A stretch of 64,000 nt of DNA from Mobula birostris (lineage: Eukaryota). The position numbers were made by a program, and so were the translations under genes. Shown here one piece after another: positions 39,501 through 52,019 of the stretch (positions are counted from its first letter, which is position 1; every line of letters starts with the position of its first letter). The stretch is taken from the NCBI RefSeq assembly GCF_030028105.1, contig NC_092379.1:19259309-19323308 (forward strand), in the 5' to 3' direction. Under the pieces are notes generated by a model, which was not told where the DNA came from, searched no databases, and saw only the letters and a list, made by a program, of their open reading frames with translations.

Positions 39501-39970
39501 GGCTTTCCAAAAGGGGATATCGAGGTACAACATTAGCCACTCGCCAGTCCTCTGAGAACTCACCTGTGGCAAGATAGGACACAAAGAGACTGGTCTCTTG
39601 CCTCCTTCAATAACCTGGAGTAAATCCCATCTGGGCTGTAGGACATCCATCTTAATCCTGATCAAGAGGCCCAACACTTCCTCCTCCTTGACTCTAAATG
39701 CCCAAATGTATTTATCTCCTCAGCACTGATCTCCATATCCTTTTCTTTGGTAAATACTGAAGCAAAGTACTCATTTGGCACCTCATTCATATTCTCTGCA
39801 TCCAAGCAAATATTACCGCTCCCCCCATCCTTGAGTGGTCACATCCTCTCCTGAGTTATCCTCTTATTCTTGATGTATGTATAAAATGCCTTGAGATTCA
39901 CCTTAATCCTACTTGTCAAGGACTTTTCATGGCCCCTCCTGGCTTCCGTCATTCCCTTTAGTTCCTTTAT
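36555..39970 (-). mobile_element. Patchwork of older CR1 LINE 3' halves
   Basis: CR1 3' tails at about 36555 and 38210; ORFs with KALVRSHL, CKFANDTKAGG, EINPDKCEVLH. Confidence 0.85.
37667..37806. repeat. Two Penelope pseudo-LTR fragments in inverted arrangement, with a (CA)n end
   Basis: Left part is the reverse complement of ...gatgctgcc.gg..t..tgagctcctccagcattgtgtgt; right part ctgatgaagggacttggcccaaaac...gatgctgcctg matches 5757-5815. Confidence 0.7.
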
Positions 39971-42791
39971 ATAGAACATAGAACATAGAATTGTACAGCA
40001 CATTATAGGCCCTTCGGCCCACAATATTGTGCCGACCCTCAAACTCTGCCTCCCATATAACCCCCCCACCTTAAAGTCCTCCATATACCTGTCTAGTAGT
40101 CTCTTAAATTTCACTAGTGTATCTGCCTCCACCACTGACTCAGGCAGTGCGTTCCATGCACCAAGCACTCTGAGTGAAAAACCTTCCTCTAATATCCCCC
40201 TTGAACTTCCCACCCCTAACCTTAAAGCCATGTCCTCTTGTATGGAGCAGTGGTGCCCTGGGGAAGAGGCGCTGGCTGTCCACTCTATCTATTCCTCTTA
40301 ATATCTTGTACACCTCTGTCATGTCTATGGGAGAGTATAGGAGCAGGGATGTGATGTTGAGGCTCTATAAGGTGCTGGTGAAACCTCACTTGGAGTACTG
40401 TGGGCAGTTTTGGTCTCCTTATTTAAGAAAGGATGTGCTGACGTTGGAGAGGGTACAGAGAAGATTCACTAGAATGATTCCGGGAATGAGCGGGTTAACA
40501 TATGAGGAACATTTGTCTGCTCTTGGACTGTATTCCTTGGAGTTTAGAAGAATGAGGGGAGACCTCATAGAAACATTTCGAATGTTGAAAGCAACGGACA
40601 GAGTGGATGTGGCCAAGTTGTTTCCCATGATGAGGGAGTCTAGTACGAGAGGGCATGACTTAAGGATTGAAGGGCGCCCATTCAGTACAGAGATGCAAAG
40701 AAAATTTTTTAGCCAGAGGGTGGTGAATCTATGGAATTTGTTGCCACGGGCAGTAGTGGAGGCCAAGTCATTGGGTGTATTTAAGGCAGAGATTGATAGG
40801 TATCTGAGTAGCCAGGGCATCAAAGGTTATGGTGAGAAGGCGGGGAGTGGGACTAAATGGGAGAATGAATCAGCTCATGATAAAACGGCGGAGCAGACTC
40901 GATGGGCCAAATGGCCGACTTCTGCTCCTTTGTCTTATGGTCTTTTGTCTCTTGTCATCCTCCTTCTCTCCAAAGAGTAAAGCCCTAGCTCCCTTAATCT
41001 CTAATCCATACTCTCTAAACCAGGCAGCATCCTGGTGAAACTCCTCTGTACCCTTTCCAATGCTTCCACATCCTTCCTATAGTGAGGCAACCAGAACTGT
41101 ACACAGTACTCCAAGTGTGGCCTAACCAGAGTTTTACAGAGCTGCATCATTACCTCGCGACTCTTAAACTCTATCCCTTGACTTATGAAAGCTAACACCC
41201 CATAAGCTTTCTTAACTACCCTATCAACCTGTGAGGCAAATTTCGGGGTTCTGTGGACATGTACCCCCAGATCTCTCTGCTCCTCCACACTACCAAGTAT
41301 CCTGCTATTTACTATGTACTCTGACTTGGAGTTTGTCCTTCCAAAGTGTACTACCTCACAATTCTCCGGGTTGAACTCCATCTGCCACTTCTCAGCCCAC
41401 TTCTGCATCCTATCAATGTCTCTGCAATCTTCGACAATCCTCTATACTATCAACAACACCACTAACCTTTGTGTCATCTGCAAACTTGCCAACCCACCCT
41501 CCTACCCCGACATCCAGGTCATTAATAAAAATCACAAATAGTAGAGGTCTCAGAACCAATCCTTGTAGGACACCAAAAGTCACAACCCTCTAATCCAAAT
41601 GTTCTCCCTCCACCATGACCCTCTGCCTTCTGCAGGCAAGCCAGTTCTGAATCCACCTGGCCAAACTTCCCTGGATCCCATGCCTTCTGACTTCTGAATA
41701 AGCCTACTGTGTGAAACCTTGTCAAATGCCTTACTAAAATCCATGTAGATCACAACTGCACTACCCTCATCTATATGCCTGGTCACCTCGTCAAAGAACT
41801 CCATCAGGCTTGTTGGACACGATCTGCCCTTCACAAAGCCATGCTGACTGTCCCTGATCAGACTATGATTCTCTAAATGCCCATAGATCCTATCTCTAAG
41901 AATCTTTTCCAAAAGCTTTCCCACCACAGACGTAAGGCTCACTGGACTATGATTACCTGGACTATCCCTACTTCCTTTTTTGAACAAGGGGACAACATTC
42001 GCCTCCCTCCAATCCTCCGGTACCATTTCCGTGGACAACGAGGACATAAAGATCCTTGCCAGAGGCTGAGCACTCTCTTCCCTCGCCTCGTGGAGCAGCC
42101 TGGGGAATATTCCATCAGGCCCTGGGGACTTATCCATCCTAATGTATTTTAATAACTCCAACACCTCCTCTCCCTTAATATCGACATGCTCCAGAACATC
42201 AACATCACTCATATTGTCCTCACCGTCTTCAAGTTCCCTCTCATTGGTGAATACTGAAGAGAAGTATTCATTGAGCACCTTGCTCACTTCCACAACCTCC
42301 AGGCACATCTTCCCACCTTTATCTCTAATCGGTCCTATCTTCACTCCTGTCATCCTTTTGTTCTTCACATAATTGAAAAATACCTTGGGGTTTTCCTTTA
42401 TCCTACTCGCCAAGGCCTTTTCATACCCCCTTCTTGCTCCTCAGCCCCTTCTTTTGCTCCTTTCTTGCTTCCCTATATTCTTCAATAGACCCATCTGATC
42501 TTTGCTTCCTAAACCTCATGTATGCTGCCTTCTTCCACCTGACTAGATTTTCCACCTCACTTGTCAACCATGGTTCCTTCACCCTACCATTCCTTATCTT
42601 TCTCACTGGGACAAATTTATCCTTAACATCCTGCAAGAGATCCCTAAACATCGACCACATGTCCACAGTACATTTCCCTGCAAAAACATCATCCCAATTC
42701 ACACCCGCAAGTTCTAGCCTTAATGCATCAAAATTTGCCCTTCCCCAATTAAAAATTTTCCAATCCTCTCTGATTCTATCCTTTTCCATGA
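39971..42791 (-). mobile_element. 5'-truncated CR1 LINE, young family (ORF2), inserted into an older CR1
   Basis: ORFs 41580-42413 and 41001-41408; tail atagaacatagaacatagaa; same family as 1887-3522. Confidence 0.93.
40327..40945 (+). mobile_element. Short CR1 3'-end insertion nested in 39971-42791
   Basis: EYRSRDVMLRLYKVLVKPHLEYC to tail tgtcttatggtctt; tgtct duplicated at 40322-40326 and 40946-40950. Confidence 0.88.
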
Positions 42792-42959
42792 TTTATACTC
42801 CTCACGTGCTTCATTTGATTCAAACTTCTGAAGGTTTACATACTTTTTCTTCTTGACTAAGTTCATCACATCTCTGGATATCCAAAGTTCTCTTATATTT
42901 CCATCCCCATCCTTCCTTCTAACAGGTACATACCTTTCCTGTACTCTGTGTAATTGCTC

Positions 42960-44420
42960 TTTAAACATCTTCCACTCTTTAAGAAGGGAGGAAGGCAAAA
43001 AAAAGGAAATTATAGGTCAGTTAGCCAAAACTCAGTGGCTGGGAAAGTGTTGGAGTCTCTTATTAAGGATGAGTTTTTGGGGTATTTGGAGACTAATGAT
43101 GATATAAGTCAAAGTCAACATCGTCTCTACAATGGGAAATCTTGCCTGACAAATCTGTTAGAGTTCTTCAAGGAAGTAACAAGCAGGGTGGACAAAGGAG
43201 AGGCAGTGGATGTCATTTACTTGGATTTTCAGAAGGCATTTGTTAAGGTGCCACACTTGAGGCTACTCAACAAGATAAAATCCGATGATGTTACAGGAAA
43301 CGTACCGGCATGGATAGAGGAATGGCTGACAGGCAGCAGGCAGTGAGTGGGAATAAGAGGGGCCTTCTCTGGTTGGTTGCCATTGACGAGTGATGTTCCG
43401 CAGGGATCAGTATTGAGACCGCTACTTTTCAGATTGTTTGTTTATGACTTTGATAATGGAATTGATGGCTTTGTGGCAAAGTATGAAGATAGGTAGAGGG
43501 GTAGGTAGTGCTGAGGAAGCAATGCAATTGCAGCATGACTTAGACAAATTGGAAGATTTGGAAAAAAGTGGCAGATGAATTACAATCTAGGGAAATGTAT
43601 GATAATGCATTTTGGTAAAAGGAACAATAGTGCGGACTATTATCTAAATGCGGAGAAGGTTCAAACATCAGAGGTGCAAAGGGACTTAGGAATCCTTGTG
43701 TAAGATTCCCAGAAGGTTAATTTACAGGTCAAGCCTGTGATGAAGAAAGCAAATGGAATGTTGGCATTTATTTCAAGGGGAATAGAATATCAAAGCAAGG
43801 AGATAACGCAGAGGCTTCATAAGACACTAATCAGGCCACACTTGGCATACTGTCATCGGTTTTGGGCCCAATATCTCAGAAAGGATGTGTTTTCATTGGA
43901 GAGTCCAGAGAAGGTTCATGAGGATGATTCCAGGAATGACGGAGTTAAGGTATGAGGAGCAAATGGCAGATTTGGGCCTGTACTCACTGGAATTTAGTAG
44001 AATGCGGGGGAATCTCATTTACCAAATGTTTACCAAACATCTACCAAATGTTGAAAAGACTAGATAGGATGGATGTGGAGTGTATGTTTCCTCTGGTGGG
44101 GGTATATGGAACAAGAGAGCACAGCCTCAAACTTGAGGGGCAATCTTTTAGAACAAAGGTAAGGAGGAGTTTTTTTAGCCTGAAAATGCTGAATCTGCGG
44201 AATGCTCTGCCACAAACTGCAGTAGAGGCCAAATCATGGATGTATTTAAGGTGGAAGTTAATAGTTTCCTAATCGGTCAGGGCATCAAAGAATATGGCGA
44301 GAAGGCAGGTGTATGAGGTTGAGTGGAGTCTGGGATCAGCCGTGATGGAATAGCAGGGCAGCCTTGATGGGCTGAATGGCCTAATACTGCCCCCGTCTCA
44401 CGGTCTTATGTCTGATATGG
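42960..44420 (+). mobile_element. 5'-truncated decayed CR1 LINE (RT to 3' end)
   Basis: GKSCLTNLLEFF, YLDFQKAF, LIRPHLAYC; tail cacggtcttatg. Confidence 0.88.
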
Positions 44421-45120
44421 ACTTGCCAGAGAAAAGGTGTTCCCAATTAACGCTTCTTAGTTCCTGCCTAATGCCCTTGTAGGTTGCCCTGTGTCAATTT
44501 AAATCTCTTCCACAAGGACCATACCTATCCTTGTCGATAGCTATCCCAATCCCAATTTATCCGCATATTGAAATTCCTGATTACTCTCTTAACATTGCAC
44601 TTTTGACATGCATTTTCTATCTCTCATTGTAATTTGTAGACTGCATCTTTGCTACTGTGCGGAGGTCTGTATATAACTCATATCAAGGACTTTACCCTTA
44701 CTGTTTCTTAGCTCTACCCACAACAACTCTACAACTTCTGATCCTTTGTCACGTCTTTCTAATGATTTGATTTAATTTTTTTCCCAACACAGCTACACCA
44801 CGCCTTCTACCTATCTCCCTGTCCTTTCAATTCAATGTTTTTTCTTTGGGCATCACCCCAAGGTTCATCACCCTTTTCCATTTCAACTCATCCCATTGAC
44901 TGCAATTTTGCCCTAACATCAGCCTTTGCTTGCTAGCAGACTCACTACACACTGCCTCTGTTTGTAAACCAACGAATAGGTCCTCAGCTCTATCACTCCA
45001 TTTTCCATCCCCTGCCAAATTAGTTCAAACCCTTCTGAACAGCTCCAGCAAACCTGCCCACAAAGATATTTATCTGCCTTGGATTCACGTGCAACCCATG
45101 AATATTCTTCCACCTTTTCC
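44420..45120 (-). mobile_element. CR1 ORF1-end/endonuclease fragment
   Basis: Same sequence family as 1320-1886 and 55850-56880. Confidence 0.75.
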
Positions 45121-45268
45121 TTATCAAGACCCAGAAGACCCAGCATACTGATGCAGCTTCAGAGAAGGCACAACAGCTGCTGTATTTGTTTAGGAGCTTG
45201 AGGAGTTTTGGTATGTCACTGTGGAGAGCAGTCTCACTGCACACTGCTTCTGTTTGTAAACCAACAAC

Positions 45269-46794
45269 AGAATATTATTTACTATCATGATAAATGATAT
45301 ATTTTCTAATAGAAATAGTAGTATTGGAATATCATTATTTGTGGATGATGGAGCTATATGGAAAAGGGGTGGGAATGTGGAATTTATAACACGGAAACTT
45401 CAAGAAGCAAATGTTAAGGTGGAAGATTGGGCATGAAAATAGGAATTCAGATTTTCAGCAGAGAAATCCAAAATAATGTTTTTCACTAGGGAGAGGACAG
45501 AACAACACTTGAAGCTAATACTTTATGGTATGGAATTAGAAAATGTGGATACCTTTAAATTTTTAGGAATCTGGTTTGATAAAAGACTCACATGGTCAAC
45601 ACATAGTAAAGAAATAATAACCAAAAGTAAGAAAGTGCTAAATGTTATGAGGTGTTTAAAAGGAAAGGAAAGGGGAGCTGACAGGGGCAATAAGGACAAT
45701 ACCAGTGGTGGCAATGCAGGTGGAGTTTGGAGAGACACCTCTGGAACTGAGAAGATCACAACTTGTGTTAACATATTGGGTAAACCTACAAGGGCCTGGA
45801 GAACATCATCCAAGTAAACGGCTTTTAGATTGATGCTGGGAAAAGGAAAGAAAGAAATTCAGAAGTTTTGCATGGACTATTGAAGGGAAAGCAGAAAGGA
45901 CAGGAGTTAGTAAAAAGGCAGTGAGTGATACAATGCCTTTTCCTGAGCTGTCTCCATGACTGTGTGAAGCACCGGGGTGGATCCTAAATTATTCCAAAAG
46001 AGACAGAAAAATAGAGAGGTGATTTTAAATCAAGATATAGTTGAAACTTATGTAAATAATGGTCATTATGTATATTTACAAATGCAAACAAATGCTTCAA
46101 AACTGGCAATATTAGATTAGGGGTAGGATTGGTGGTGCCTGATTTTAACATGAAAAAGCAGGTGAGGATAGATGATGATTTCTCAGTGTATACAGATGAA
46201 ATGACAGCTGGACTATTCACTTTGCAGTGGGTGGAGGGGGTAAGATCAATTAGATTTGCAATATTGTCTGATTCAAGGACAACAATCAGGAGTCTAAAAG
46301 ATTTACATTCAGAGGCAAGACGAGACATTGTAAGTAAGGTAATACAAACCTTATTTCGACTATATAATAATATCCAGAAAGAAATGGGATGGTTGAGGAA
46401 TGCAGGAAAGAGCAGGAGGCAGGAGGTGATAACATCAAAATTGAGATTTGGGCACACAGGATTAAAGTACATCGTTTTTCATGAAGAAACACAATAATGG
46501 GAGTTGTGATTATTGTAATCAACAAGACATAATCAAGAGAGTGGTTGGTTGATTTTAGAGTTATCACAGAATAAAATTCAATTTAAAATTAACAGCATTT
46601 TGCAGAAAGGATTGCAGGATTATTACCTTAAGTATATAGTGCAGTTCATTAAGAACACAGGTCTTTTTATAAATTTGATACAAATATAAATATGGGGTCA
46701 AATTTAAAAATGTGTGTCATGATATGTTGACCCACACTCTGGTTCAGTAGTGGCGGTAATGCACCCTCAAGCTTTTTGCCAACCACCATAAAAA
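45269..46794 (+). mobile_element. I-clade/Nimb-like LINE (RT end, RNase H, 3' end), internally deleted
   Basis: FKFLGIWFDKRLTWSTH; RNase H-like ILSDS...IRSL; SKLRFGHTGL; 3' motif cagtagtggcggtaatgcacc...ccataaaaa. Confidence 0.75.
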
Positions 46795-47169
46795 CGTTAG
46801 AACATTATCGACTATTGAAAGGCCCAGATGGGATTGATGGGGAAAGGATGTTTGCGAGAGTGTCGGGATGCCAGTATACACAGGCCACTCCCACCATAGG
46901 CTGTTTGCCAAGGGAAGACAGAAGGGAAACACCAGAGAAAAAGTCAGGTAGACACAGTGAACCAGACCTCCCACCTACCTGTTTCTATCCCTGCCGCCAT
47001 TGGTTAAAAGGTCTGCTGGTCCTCCCACCCGTCTTTCATCTGGTTAGAGAAACATACAGACCATCTACCTCTATTGGTTGGAGATCTGCATGTTCCCACC
47101 CTCCCTTTTTATCTCCATTGGTTTGCGCACAGATCTGACATACGGCTTGCCCTACCAGTGGTCACATTT

Positions 47170-48110
47170 TTTAAAGTCGTTGTGGGGGTTGAATCGCATG
47201 AAAATTTTTCAGAAAGGTTCAATTCCTCGGCACAGATTCATCCTGCAAATTAACCATGAGAGAATCCTGCACAAGGATTCACAAAACCCTTTGCATCTCA
47301 GAGTTTTGTATTTTCTGTCCATTAGGAAAGAGTCAACCATTTCATTTCTTCTACCAAAGAGCATGACCATACAATTCCCAACATTGTATTCCATCTGCCT
47401 CTTCTTTGCCCACTCTCCTAATCTAATCTATTTAACTGTTTCTGTATTGTCCCTGCTTCCTCAAAACTACTTGCCCCTCGACCTATTGTCTGCAAACTTT
47501 CCAACAAATCCATCAAGTCCAACATCCAAATCACTGACATATAATGTAAAAAGGTAAAATCTTTCTGAATGTTGTGGTGTACACCATCTGGTCCATGTGA
47601 CTTATTTACCTTCAGACCTTTCAATTTCTCAAGAATCTTCTCTGTAATAGTGGTAGCTTCACACACCTCATGACGCCGACACCTGGAACTTCTAACAGAC
47701 TGCTAGTGTCATCCTCACTGATGCAAGGTATTTATTCAGTTTGTCCACCATTTTCTTGTCCCCCATTATTACCTCTCCAGTATTTTTTCCAGTGGTCCGA
47801 TACCCACTCTCGCATCTCTTTTACACTTTATGTATCTGAAGCAAGATTTGGTGTTCTCTTTAATACTATTGGGTAGCTAACTTTAGTATTCTGTCTTACT
47901 CTTCTTACTGATGTTTTTAGATGCCTTCTGTTGGTTTTAAATGCTGCCCAATCCTCTAACTTCCCACCAATGCGAGCTCAATGATATGCCCTGTCTTTGG
48001 CTGTTATGTTGCTTTTGACTTCCATTGTTGTGTCATCTTGCCATGGTTGTGTCATCTTGCCTTTTGAACGCTTCTTCCTCCTCAAATCCCCGTCTGAATC
48101 CTCAGGCAAT
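47170..48110 (-). mobile_element. CR1 LINE fragments
   Basis: MEYNVGNCMVMLFGRRN, KSHGPDGVH on the minus strand. Confidence 0.75.
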
Positions 48111-49660
48111 GGCAGCGAGGCATTACAGAGGGTTATTTCCCTCTCGGAAATAGACTTCGAGGTTCAGCGTAAAAGAATCTTTTCCCTTCCTTCATACCTA
48201 GTGGCTGGATTCCATAAGCTTGGCTGCAAGTTCCCCAGACTGTTCAGATATTTCCTTGGTCCTCTCCTGAACGAGAGGTCCCAACTAGATGGTGTTGGGA
48301 CTTGCAGTGTATTGACGGGAAATGGCTTGTTCATCCTTGAGGGCAGGACTTGGTCACTCGAAGGTCTCAGGTTACCTCAAACGGAAGGCAGCCCTATTAT
48401 TGGTTGTTGGTCACGGGAGAGTCTGAGTCTCAGAACACCATGGCACAAACAAACCCTCTTATGATGACTGGAGCAAGCAATGATTCTCCCCTCCCTCCAG
48501 TCCACAGCTGGGGACATTCGGCCCACCAGTGACAGTCTTTCTCACAGTAAAAGCAGCGACCTTGACTCTGACGCCGGGACCTTTCATCGGCGGAGACTCC
48601 AGTACAATCGACCTGCATGGGTCCAACTGGATCTTGAGTCGGCGACGGGCTGGTTATGGTCCGAGGTTCGGGGGTGAAACTGCGATGCGTAGGGACTGGG
48701 ATTGGACCGGCTCACTTTGATTTCCTGAAGTGGTCCCACTTTTGGTCTGCCAGATGATTATTGAGATGGATGGACTGATCACTCAAAGCCTCTGCGATCT
48801 CAGTTGGCTTTCCCGAGGAGAGGCATCCTTCAGTTCATCCGTGGCAGTAGAACATGCCCACGGCCTCCCCATTCCAACCACTCTTCTGGGCCAAGGTCCA
48901 AAATTCGACTGCATTGCGGCCGCAGACCATACCCACTGTTGAGCTCGCTGGCACCGATGAGGTGATTAAACACCTTCCTCATGGCAGCCATGAATTCCTC
49001 TGAATCCGAAGAGGTCTCAGACCTACATTCCAAATGCGTAGTGGCCCAGGCCAGGGCTCTTCCAGTCCGGAGAGAGATAATGAAGGCCACCTTTCCTCAC
49101 TCTGAAGGGAATTGGGACAGCTGTAGTTCAAACATGAATGAGCATTGGGTGAAGAGCCATGGCAAGAACCCGAGTCACTGTCGAATCTCTCTGGGATTGA
49201 ATGATGTGCTGGCTCCATACAAGCATGAAATGGCTTTTCCAAACGACCTTGGCTTCCTCCTTGCAAAAGTTGTTGAATGGCTACCTGGAGTTCGTGAATC
49301 TCCAGGCCTTGTCTGGAAATCCTTGTCACCACAGTGGACGAAAGATTTTGATATCCCACTGGGTCCATGTTTGCTCAATTGTAATGTGACAAGAGTCCTT
49401 GATGAGAATGGTTTGGACCCAATTGCCGGGGTAAACGAAGCAAGGTTCTAAACACAGTATCAAACTAGATCTGAGCGCAAAACAAATGCTGGATGATATC
49501 ACCAGTTGGCTTATGATTGAGCACCGAACCTCTGTTCAGCTGTTCCTTAAATACTTAATTCTTGGTGCCCAAACATGATTATCAATTAGCAGGACCATCC
49601 TGATTCCCTAAAGGGGCCATGCCAGCTATCCATACTCCCGGAAGTTGGTGCAGTTGGGAG
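48110..49660 (-). mobile_element. Sushi-like Gypsy fragment (LTR piece, gag with CCHC knuckle, protease-RT spacer)
   Basis: AFIISLRTGRALAWATT...MRKVFNH; RCFYCEKDCHWWAEC; 48150-48490 is similar to 29960-30470. Confidence 0.75.
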
Positions 49661-50420
49661 TGTCTTGTAATAACAACTTCTGGCTAGTCACGCTTGCCGT
49701 TGAGAATACCATGGACACAATCTTTGATATCCCTGTTCCTGGCAGCAGGGATGCAACATACCATCTGGGTGTCTCTATCGAGCCCACAGAACCTCGTCCC
49801 TGTTCTTCTGATGAAGGAATCTCCTATCATAACTACATTCCTCTTCACCTGTCTCCTCTTCTGAGCCACATCACCAGACTCAGTGCCAGAGACCCGGTCA
49901 TTCTGGCTCCCCCCAGTAGATGGATTCCTCTCCATTGTTTCTAAAGTTAAATGCTTGTTATTGAGGGGAACAGCCACAGGTGTTCTCTGCACTGGTTCTG
50001 CATTTCCCCTCAATCTCCTGACAGTCACCCAGTTACCTGTCTCCTGCAACCTTGGGGTAACTATCTCTCTGTAGCTCCTGTCTATCACCTCGTCATTCTC
50101 CTGTATGAGTCGAAGGTCATCGAGCTGCAGCTCCAGTTCCTTAATACATTCTCTCAGTTGCTGCAACTCGGCGCACCTGGTACAGATGTGTTCACCTGGG
50201 AGACTGGAGTCTCCCAGACTTCCCACATCCCACACAGAGTGCAAAACCCTGCCCCTGAAGCCATTCTCACTAAACTACCATGTCCTAATAGATGAGGAGT
50301 GAACAAATAGGAACAGAAAGAGAGAAACCTTGTGGTCTTATGGAAGGTGGAGCAGGGTTGAAATGGAGGAAATTCATGAGACATAATCTCCCACACACAC
50401 AGCCTTGTTGACTAATCCTA
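49660..50420 (-). mobile_element. CR1 ORF1 fragment (zinc-finger/coiled-coil and SGNH esterase-like domain)
   Basis: ORF 49684-50244 ICTRCAELQQLRE..ELELQLDDLRLI...VMIGDSFIR...FCG; homologous to 52275-52930. Confidence 0.85.
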
Positions 50421-50469
50421 ATCAACCCAAGTTTTTTGAAATAGCTCTTAACCCTCAGGTCTCCTCCAT

Positions 50470-51960
50470 TAAAACCATAAGATATAGCAGTAGAATTAGG
50501 CCATTTTGGCCCATCAAGTCTGCTTCACCATTTCATCATGGCTGATCCACTTTCCCTCTCAGTCCCAATCTCCTGCCTTCTCCCTGTATCCCGTCATGCC
50601 CTGACTAATCAAGAATCTATCAACCTCTGCCTTGAATATACCTAAAGAATTGGCCTCCACAGCTGCATGTGGCAGCAACTTCCACAGATTCATCACTCTC
50701 TGCTGAAAAAAATTTGTCCTGATATCCTTTCTAAAACAGGCCCCTCAATTTTGATGCTGTGTTCTCTGGTCATAGACTTTTCCACCATGAGAAGCATCCT
50801 CTCTATATCCACTCTATCAAGGCCTTTCAACATTTGATCAGTTTCAATAATGTCAGCCCTTATTCTTCTGAATTCCACTGAGCACAGGCCCAAAGCCATC
50901 AAACGGTCTTCATATGACATGCTTTCAATTCTGGAATCATTTACATGAATTCCTTTGAACCCCCTCCAATGTCAGCACATCCTTTCTTAGATAAGGGGGC
51001 CAAAATTGCTCACAGTAGTCAATGTGAGGCCTTACCAGTGCTTTTGAAAGCTTCAATATTACATCCTTGCATTTATCTTGTAGTCCCCTTGAAATTAATG
51101 CTGACATCACATTTGCCTTCCTCACCACTGACTCAACCTGCAAATTAACCTTCAGGGAATCCCACACAAGGACTCCCAAGTCCATTTGCACCTCAGATTT
51201 TTGAATTTTCTCTCTATTTAGAAAATAGTCTATGCTTTACTTTTACGAGTTCCTTTACTTTTAACTCTGGTTCATTGCACAACCCCCAATGCAGAATAGC
51301 TAATTGCCTGGTGGGCTCAATCACCAGCTGCTCTGAAAAAACAAGCTCGTAGGCATTCTACAAATTCCTTCCCTTGGAATCCGGCACCTTAATGATTTAG
51401 TACAGCACAGGCCGTTCAGCCCACAATATTGTGCTAAACCAGCTATAAAGCAAATCAAAACCATCCAGACATCAATCCCTCCTACTTACACCATGTGCAG
51501 CGCCCTCCTACTTCCTTACAACAACTGAGAAAGAGATACTCTCTGTCCACTCATATGCCTCTCATAATCTTGTACACCTCTATCTGATGCTCAGAGGAAA
51601 CAAACCAAGTTTATCCAGCCTCTCATGATAGCACATGCCCTCTAAACCAGGCAGCATCCTGGTAAACCTCTTCTGCAACCTCTCCGAAGCCTCAGCATAT
51701 TTCCTATAGTGGGCCAACCTGAACTCTACGCAATACTCCAGATGTGATCGAACCAGGCTTTTATAAAGTTGCAAAATAACGTCCTGACCTTTGAACTCAA
51801 TGCCGCAACTAATACAAGCAAGCCTTCTGCAAATCTTGTTAAGCCCCTTATTGAACTGTGTAGCCATTTTCAAGGTGATTGAACCTGGATCACAAGATCT
51901 CTCTGCTCAGCAACACTGTTAAGAACCTTGCCATTAAAGGTGTGCCCTTGTTCCCTTCAT
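50470..51960 (-). mobile_element. Two CR1 LINE 3' halves
   Basis: Tails at about 50470 and 51390; KALVRPHIDYCEQFW, KSLVRSHLEYCVEF. Confidence 0.85.
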
Positions 51961-52019
51961 AAACAGAGGTACAATATTAGTTCTGATGACTTATGCATCT
52001 TAATTCGGAGCAGGAAGGC

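Noticed and set aside
40174-40980. 268-aa plus-strand ORF
   Set aside because: Chimeric artefact: antisense of one CR1 read into a nested sense CR1 fragment and out again
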